From Vicinamibacterales bacterium (GTDB lineage Bacteria; Acidobacteriota; Vicinamibacteria; Vicinamibacterales; SCN-69-37), in the NCBI GenBank assembly GCA_036675475.1, contig JAKFEY010000001.1:10442-74441 (forward strand): a stretch of DNA of 64,000 bases, read 5' to 3'. Numbering within the stretch: position 1 is the first letter of the stretch; each line of letters opens with the position of its first letter. The position numbers were made by a program, and so were the translations under genes. A model generated the notes under the pieces. The model was not told the DNA's origin. It did not search any database and saw only the letters and a program-made list of their open reading frames with translations. Positions 59,051-64,000 of this stretch are shown here, piece by piece.

Positions 59051-61203
59051 GAGCGGAACGTGGCGATGGCTCGCGCGCGCGCGGCGGTGATGCGCGCGTC
59101 GGCGGCGTGGCGCGCGATGGCGTCGCGCGTTGCCGAGGCAACGGCCTCGCGCGCGCCGGCGTCGGCGGCGCGCTGTCGATCCGCGCGGCGCTCGAAGAGG
59201 CCGTCCTGCCGCAGCGGTGCGCCGACAGACGCGAGCGCCGCGTCGCGTACATCGAGCTCGCGCGCGGTGCGGCGTGCCGCCCTGGCCGCGAGCGCGCGCG
59301 CCAGACGCGGCATCCGCGACGCGGCCCACGACCGGCCCCACGTCACGGCGGCCTCCACGCCCGCACGCAGTGCGAATACGCGCCGATCGAGCGCCGCGCC
59401 CCCTTCGACAACGGTTTCGATCTCGACGGCCGTGATCTCGCCTGCAGGAAGGGAGACGGGCTGCGTCTGATGCGGGTGATCCTGGCGCCGCGCGTGCAGC
59501 CGTCGCGCTTCGGCCGCGGCCAGCGTGTCCCACCGCCGCCCCGTGATGCGCTCATCGTCCTGCATGCGCGCGGCGAAGGCCGCGAGCCGCGCGCGCATCG
59601 CGTGCGGCAGCGTGCTCGCGCTTTCGAGCAGCGTGGCGTGCACGCGCCGCGTCTGGCCGAGACGATCCACGCGCCCGACGCGCTGGCGGATCGTCGGGGG
59701 CCGCCAGGGCAGGTCGTAGTGTATGACCCACCGGCAGCGCGCGTGGAGGTTGAGACCCTGCGACGCCACGTCCGTGGCCGCGAGCACCGTCACGCGGCCG
59801 CTGGTGAACGCGCCGAGCGCGCCGTGCAGCGCGGCGGGCGGAAGCGCGCCGTGGATGATCGCGGTCCGCGCATCCGCGCGCAGCCGGGCGGCGATCGTGT
59901 CGGCGGTATCGCGGAAGCAGGAGAAGATCACCACCGGCTCGCGCGCGCGCCGCACCAGGCGCGCCAGCGCGTCGAGACGCCGATCGGCGCGCGACGCGCG
60001 CAAGGCCAGCTCAATCAGCGCATCGAGCCGGCGCCGCTCGCGATCGAGCGGCAGTCCCGTTGCGGCGCCGATGACGGCCGCATCCTCATCGCTTTCAAGC
60101 AACGCCAGTTGTGCCTCGCCCGGTGCCGTCTCAAGCGCGGCGCGGCGCCGCAGCAGCGACAGGTGCAGCGCGTGCGGCGACGACACGGCGCGTTTGATGA
60201 GCACGCTGCACAGCAGCGGTACGGCGGCGTCCTGCCGAGACGCGCCGGCGAGCCAGCGAACGTAGCGCGCGAGCGCGTCGTGCAGCGCCTGCTCTTCCGG
60301 AGATGGCGCAACGCGAAGCACGCGCTCGGCGCGCACGCGCCCGGCCGCCACATGACGCAGGCAGATGAGACGCGCCTCGCGCGTTCCCGCCCCGAGCGCG
60401 CACAGCGCGCGCAGACGCTCTCCGCCCCCGTCCGACGGCGTTGCCGTGAGCAGCAGCACGCGGCGCGCGCGCGCGGCCACCAGCGAAACGGCGGCGTGCC
60501 GCTCGCTCAGGCCGCACGCGAGGTGCGCCTCGTCGACGACCACGAGATCCCAGAGCGCGGCGCGAAGCGACCGCAGGATGTGCGGCTGCTTGAAGAAATC
60601 GAGCGACGCCAGCAGGCATCCGGGCAGCGCCCACACGTCGATGCCGGCCGGCACCTCGTCCTGCAGCCGCCGAAGCGCCGCGGCGTCGATCGCGGTCGCG
60701 TCGATCGCGAGCCGATCCTGAAGCTCGGCGCGCCATTGCGACAGCAGGTGGCCCGGCGCCAGCACGAGGCAGCGCCGGTCGGGCAGCGCATCGAGGCAGG
60801 CGCCAATCGCAATCGCGGCCGCGACGGTCTTGCCCATGCCGGCCTCGTCGGCCACCAGCACGCGCGGCCATCCCCGCTCGAACGCCAGCGCCGCGCACAA
60901 CTGCCACGCGTGAATGTCGCCACGCAGCCGTTCCGCGGTGTGAAGGGCAAACGCCGTGCGCGAGGCGCGGGCCGCCGCCGACACGATCGCCGCGGCCTGC
61001 CGCGCCGGCATCGGCGTGAGCCGGCTGCCGGCCGCCACCGCGGCCACCGGCTCGTGCGGACGCACCGCAACCAGCCGATCGGCCGCGCTCGCGGTCTCTC
61101 GCGACAGGTACACGAGGTGCGTGCGTCCGCAACCCTGGCGCACGGTCTGTTCGACACGCCACCGCCAGCCGCGCGCGCCCGCCATCATCGGCAGGTTCTG
61201 CAT
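59047..61203 (-). CDS. SNF2/SF2-family helicase-like ATPase (718 aa)
   Basis: LVADEAGMGKT (motif I), VVVDEAH (II), LLLTATP (III), DLPWRPPTIRQRVGRVDRLGQ (VI). Unassigned ~115-aa N-terminus and ~200-aa Arg/Ala-rich C-terminus. Stop overlaps the MTase ATG (ATGA). Confidence 0.85.
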   Translation of the reverse strand: MQNLPMMAGARGWRWRVEQTVRQGCGRTHLVYLSRETASAADRLVAVRPHEPVAAVAAGSRLTPMPARQAAAIVSAAARASRTAFALHTAERLRGDIHAWQLCAALAFERGWPRVLVADEAGMGKTVAAAIAIGACLDALPDRRCLVLAPGHLLSQWRAELQDRLAIDATAIDAAALRRLQDEVPAGIDVWALPGCLLASLDFFKQPHILRSLRAALWDLVVVDEAHLACGLSERHAAVSLVAARARRVLLLTATPSDGGGERLRALCALGAGTREARLICLRHVAAGRVRAERVLRVAPSPEEQALHDALARYVRWLAGASRQDAAVPLLCSVLIKRAVSSPHALHLSLLRRRAALETAPGEAQLALLESDEDAAVIGAATGLPLDRERRRLDALIELALRASRADRRLDALARLVRRAREPVVIFSCFRDTADTIAARLRADARTAIIHGALPPAALHGALGAFTSGRVTVLAATDVASQGLNLHARCRWVIHYDLPWRPPTIRQRVGRVDRLGQTRRVHATLLESASTLPHAMRARLAAFAARMQDDERITGRRWDTLAAAEARRLHARRQDHPHQTQPVSLPAGEITAVEIETVVEGGAALDRRVFALRAGVEAAVTWGRSWAASRMPRLARALAARAARRTARELDVRDAALASVGAPLRQDGLFERRADRQRAADAGAREAVASATRDAIARHAADARITAARARAIATFRS

Positions 61204-61236
61204 CGCGCACTCCCCTCCGGAAGTGCAGTAACGGCG

Positions 61237-61265
61237 TAGAACTGAGAACTGGAACTAGAACTGGA
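61237..61265. repeat. short tandem array of GAACTG(A) units (4.5 units)
   Basis: gaactga gaactg gaacta gaactg gacc, lying between the helicase start and the queF stop. Confidence 0.6.
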
Positions 61266-61270
61266 CCGTG

Positions 61271-61711
61271 TCAGGCAATCCGCGGGCCGGGATGCTGCGC
61301 GACCACGGTGGTGGTGATGCCGCCGCGGGCGGAGAAGGCGCCGGTGACGGTCATGCGGCGGGGGGCACAGGCCGCCACCAGGTCATCGAGGATCTGGTTG
61401 GTCACGGCTTCGTAAAAAATTCCGCGATTCCGGAAGTCGAGCAGGTAATACTTCAGGGCCTTGAGCTCGAGGCACCGCTCAGCCGGCACGTACTGAATGC
61501 GGATTTCGCCGAAATCAGGGAGTCCCGTCTTGGGGCAGACCGACGTAAACTCGGGACATCGGATGTCGATCTCGAAATCGCGCTCGGGGCGCGGGTTGGG
61601 GAAGGTCTCGATTTCGCTGGCCACATCGACGATTGTATATCCGGCGTTTAATTCGGTAGGATACGCGGCGCGCGGATCGTAAATTGTAAATCGACCCGAT
61701 AGCGCTGACAC
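61271..61711 (-). CDS. queF: NADPH-dependent 7-cyano-7-deazaguanine (preQ0) reductase
   Basis: [51 protein letters not shown] (catalytic Cys and QueF motif). Confidence 0.9.
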   Translation of the reverse strand: MSALSGRFTIYDPRAAYPTELNAGYTIVDVASEIETFPNPRPERDFEIDIRCPEFTSVCPKTGLPDFGEIRIQYVPAERCLELKALKYYLLDFRNRGIFYEAVTNQILDDLVAACAPRRMTVTGAFSARGGITTTVVAQHPGPRIA

Positions 61712-61777
61712 GTCCGCATGCGCGCGCGGCCGTGTTCCCCGACAGTGTGAACGCGCGCAATGAGTCAGGAGTCACCG

Positions 61778-62077
61778 ATGGCCGATGCCCGACGAATGGG
61801 CAAGTCGGAGCTGTTCGCGCACTTTGCGGAGCGGTTCGACATGAAGCGCACGCAGGTCCGCGACCTGTTCGACGAGCTCACGGCGCTCGCCGAGAAGGAG
61901 CTCAAGCGCTCCGGCGAGTTTCAGCTTCCCGGACTCGTGAAGCTGGTGCTGCAGAAGCGCAAGGCCCGGCTCGGCCGCAATCCGGCCACGGGGGAAGAGA
62001 TCAAGATTCCCGCCAAGACCGTGGTCAAGGCCCGCATCGTCAAGCAGATGAAGGACGCGGTACTGCCGAAGGCCTAG
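61778..62077 (+). CDS. HU/IHF-family nucleoid-associated DNA-binding protein
   Basis: KSELFAHFAERF ... GLVKLVLQKRKARLGRNPATGEEIKIPAKTVVKARI (beta-arm RNPxTG). Start chosen at ATG 61778 (AGGAG 6 nt upstream); ATG 61760 and 61796 are alternatives. Confidence 0.85.
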   Translation: MADARRMGKSELFAHFAERFDMKRTQVRDLFDELTALAEKELKRSGEFQLPGLVKLVLQKRKARLGRNPATGEEIKIPAKTVVKARIVKQMKDAVLPKA

Positions 62078-62355
62078 GCCGCGACCGTCGCGGTCTTCGC
62101 CGCCAGCATCCGGCTCCACAGCACGGCGGGCACCAGCCGGTCGACTTTCGACTCGAGCCCCGTCATCGAGTCGTCATCGATGATGATGCGGTCGGTCGCG
62201 TCGAGCAGCATCTCCGAGGTGTAGCGGCGGCCGCCGCTCGTCGTGCGCTGCTCGAAATAGCGGATATCTATGACGGCTCCGTTGCCCTCGCCTGGGCAGA
62301 ACCGTCCTTCCAGTTCGATCCGGGTCGTCTTCACCAGCTTGCGCAGCATGGTCAT
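62074..62355 (-). CDS. hypothetical 93-aa protein co-transcribed with the sensor kinase
   Basis: Starts 4 nt after the kinase stop. Balanced composition (LVKTTRIELEGRF ... AVIDIRYFEQ ... RIIIDDDSMTGLESKV). No family recognised. Confidence 0.5.
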   Translation of the reverse strand: MTMLRKLVKTTRIELEGRFCPGEGNGAVIDIRYFEQRTTSGGRRYTSEMLLDATDRIIIDDDSMTGLESKVDRLVPAVLWSRMLAAKTATVAA

Positions 62356-62359
62356 CCTT

Positions 62360-64000
62360 TCAGCCGGCGGCTTCCATGGCCGCCGGTCGTGCGTGTGTTG
62401 CGGGGAATTCGAGGGTGAACGTCGTGCCGCGGCCCACGTCGCTGGCCACGGCGATGGTGCCGCCGAGCTGCTCGACGATCTTCCGGCTGATCGCCAGGCC
62501 GAGGCCGAGGCCGCGGCGCTTGGTCGTGACGAAGTCGTCGAAGATCTTCGGCAGGCGATCGGCGGGAATGCCGCAGCCGGTGTCGGCCACGGCCACGCGC
62601 GCGCGTCCGGCGGTTTCCGCGGTCGTCACCGTCACGCTGCCGCCCGGCGCGGTGGCCTGCAGCGCGTTGAGAATCAGATTGCGATAGACGCGGCCCAGCG
62701 CGAAGACGTCGCCCTCGATGAACGGCGCCGACGGCGTGAGCACGGCCTCGAGCGCGACGCCCGCCGTTTCGGCCACCGGCCGCATCGTTTCCATCACTTC
62801 GCCAATCGTGCGGTTCAGATCGACGGGGAAGTGCTCGAGCGGAATCGGGCGCGCGACGTTGCGCAGGTCCTCGAGCACGCGCTTGACCGCCGCGAGCTCG
62901 CGATCCACCGTGCGCCGGAACAGATCGCGGTACTCGAGGTCGTCGTGCATCTTCAGAATCAGCTTGCAGCTGTTGCCGATGTTCTGAATCGGGTGCGAGA
63001 TGTCGTGCACGAGGCCGGCGGCGATGCGGCCGAACATGGCCTGCCGTTCCTGCTTTCGCACGTTGTCGGTGAGCTCGACGAGCCGGTCGGCCATCGAGTT
63101 GAAGGCCGTGCCGAGCTCGGAGACCTCGTCCTGGCCGTCGACGTGAACACGTTCCTCGAGGCGGCCGTCGGCGATGGCCTGCGTGCCTTTCTTGACCGCG
63201 AGGATGCGGCCGATGAACTGGCGGCCCCAGCGGAAGCCGATGCCGACGCTGGCCACCAGCGCGAGCAGGGCGGCGCTCACGAGCACCCAGCGCGTGCGCG
63301 TCGCAATCGCGTACGCCTCGTGCGTGGGCTGCTCGACGACGACCCACCACCCGGGGCCGGAGACGGGCGCGACGACGCCGAGCATGGTGATGCCGGCGGC
63401 GTTGCGATATTCCTTTGAGACCTGCGCGCCCGAGCGCGCATCATCGATGAGCGACGCAGCGGCGTAGTCGCCGGCGCCGCTGGCGACGCGGCGCTTTTCA
63501 TCCGGGTTGCCGTGCGCGATCAGGCGGCCTTCCTGCGTCGCGAGCACGGCGAAGCCTTCGGTGCCGACCTTGATGCGGTCGACCAGCCGCCAGAGTTCCT
63601 CGAGCGAGAGTTCGCCAACCAGCCAGCCGCTGCGCGCGGGATCTGCTGACCCGAGACGCACCGACACGCGCGTCGTCGGCAGCAGGTCGTCGTCGACAGT
63701 GACCGGAGAGATCCACGTGTCGCGACTGCCCGCGAGCGCTTCGGAGGGTGGCTCGAGGCGCGTCTGTCGGAGGCTGCTCGTTGCGACCGATGCGCCCGAT
63801 TCGTCGAAGAGCGTGATCTCGCGCAACTCCGGGAAATCGAGCGCGTAATTCTTGAGGATACGATCCTGCTGCCACGCTTCCTGGCGCGTGTCGCGCAGAT
63901 CTGCCGCAAGCGCGCGGAGGATCTTGATGTTGTTATCGAGGTACTGATCGACCTGCTCCGCTGCCCGTTCAGCGACATTGAAGTTGCCGTTGCGCACCGA
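62360..64000 (-). CDS. sensor histidine kinase (Cache-like periplasmic domain, TM, HAMP, HisKA, HATPase_c); N-terminus beyond the right edge
   Basis: HAMP (GTQAIADGRLEERVHVDGQDEVSELGTAFNSM). H-box FGRIAAGLVHDISHP. N-box YRNLILNALQA. G-boxes DTGCGIP and GLGLGLAISRKIV. The frame is still open at 64000 (the codon at 63997 is GTG). Confidence 0.85.
   Translation of the reverse strand, partial: SVRNGNFNVAERAAEQVDQYLDNNIKILRALAADLRDTRQEAWQQDRILKNYALDFPELREITLFDESGASVATSSLRQTRLEPPSEALAGSRDTWISPVTVDDDLLPTTRVSVRLGSADPARSGWLVGELSLEELWRLVDRIKVGTEGFAVLATQEGRLIAHGNPDEKRRVASGAGDYAAASLIDDARSGAQVSKEYRNAAGITMLGVVAPVSGPGWWVVVEQPTHEAYAIATRTRWVLVSAALLALVASVGIGFRWGRQFIGRILAVKKGTQAIADGRLEERVHVDGQDEVSELGTAFNSMADRLVELTDNVRKQERQAMFGRIAAGLVHDISHPIQNIGNSCKLILKMHDDLEYRDLFRRTVDRELAAVKRVLEDLRNVARPIPLEHFPVDLNRTIGEVMETMRPVAETAGVALEAVLTPSAPFIEGDVFALGRVYRNLILNALQATAPGGSVTVTTAETAGRARVAVADTGCGIPADRLPKIFDDFVTTKRRGLGLGLAISRKIVEQLGGTIAVASDVGRGTTFTLEFPATHARPAAMEAAG

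Noticed and set aside
55994-61203. Complete BREX, DISARM, or type I/III restriction-modification locus
   Set aside because: The required partners (PglZ, BrxC, BrxL; DrmA/B/C; HsdS/HsdR; a Res nuclease domain) are not recognisable in the window. Only the two-gene pair can be supported.
59107-61239. 710-aa + ORF, together with the 359-aa minus ORF 60131..61210, overlapping the helicase gene
   Set aside because: Both are extremely Arg/Ala/Pro-rich with no motifs. The SNF2 motifs occur only in the 59047..61203 minus frame.
55994-61711. Dpd-like 7-deazaguanine DNA-modification system, suggested by queF lying next to the helicase-MTase pair
   Set aside because: No DpdA/TGT-like, DpdB/ParB-like or queC/D/E genes are present. 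queF is a normal queuosine-pathway housekeeping gene, so the adjacency is probably coincidental.
1-64000. rRNA, tRNA, tmRNA, prophage, integrase or IS elements
   Set aside because: Scanning the intergenic regions by eye, I found no tRNA-like cloverleaf ends, rRNA-like conserved blocks or phage or IS hallmark proteins. A tRNAscan or Infernal run would be needed for formal exclusion.

Overview
This is a densely coding, very GC-rich bacterial chromosomal segment (GC judged by eye, not computed). The gene content looks Acidobacteria-like: a TIGR03436-type VWA protein, a DUF1800/DUF1501 pair and many exported proteins. That taxonomic guess is inference only. Because of the GC bias, most long ORFs in the six-frame track are Arg/Ala/Gly/Pro-rich shadow frames. 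I called genes only where the translation shows recognisable family motifs, signal peptides or balanced composition, and I trimmed many 5' extensions.

Contents from left to right:
- A partial amidohydrolase gene at the left edge.
- A visibly lower-GC accessory islet (about 1.0-5.6 kb). It holds a frame-broken DUF2075 NTPase/helicase, two PIN-toxin TA pairs and small ORFs.
- A GT4 glycosyltransferase fusion followed by a GH130 gene.
- A complete arginine biosynthesis regulon, argC-B-D-GNAT-J-F divergent from argR-G-H, with an ARG-box-like palindrome between them.
- Envelope, lipoprotein and M14 peptidase genes, then thiO and a PCD gene.
- A same-strand cluster DUF1800-DUF1501-D-threonine-aldolase-like-secreted protein that ends in an orphan BMC-H shell gene.
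- A three-gene cassette (two CrtI-like flavoenzymes plus a GcvT-like gene) bracketed by near-identical inverted 118-bp repeats. A third, partial repeat copy lies at 54.3 kb.
- Rieske oxygenase and APC permease genes.
- A molybdoenzyme operon with a fused FeS-NrfD subunit and a co-translated GAF-DHp protein.
- A translationally coupled SNF2 helicase plus PglX/Eco57I-type N6-adenine methyltransferase pair with no other R-M, BREX or DISARM partners.
- queF, an HU gene and a partial sensor kinase at the right edge.

I recognised no rRNA, tRNA, CRISPR array, transposase or integrase.

The top candidates for something new are the helicase-methyltransferase pair, the orphan BMC-H gene and the structured repeat family flanking the cassette.
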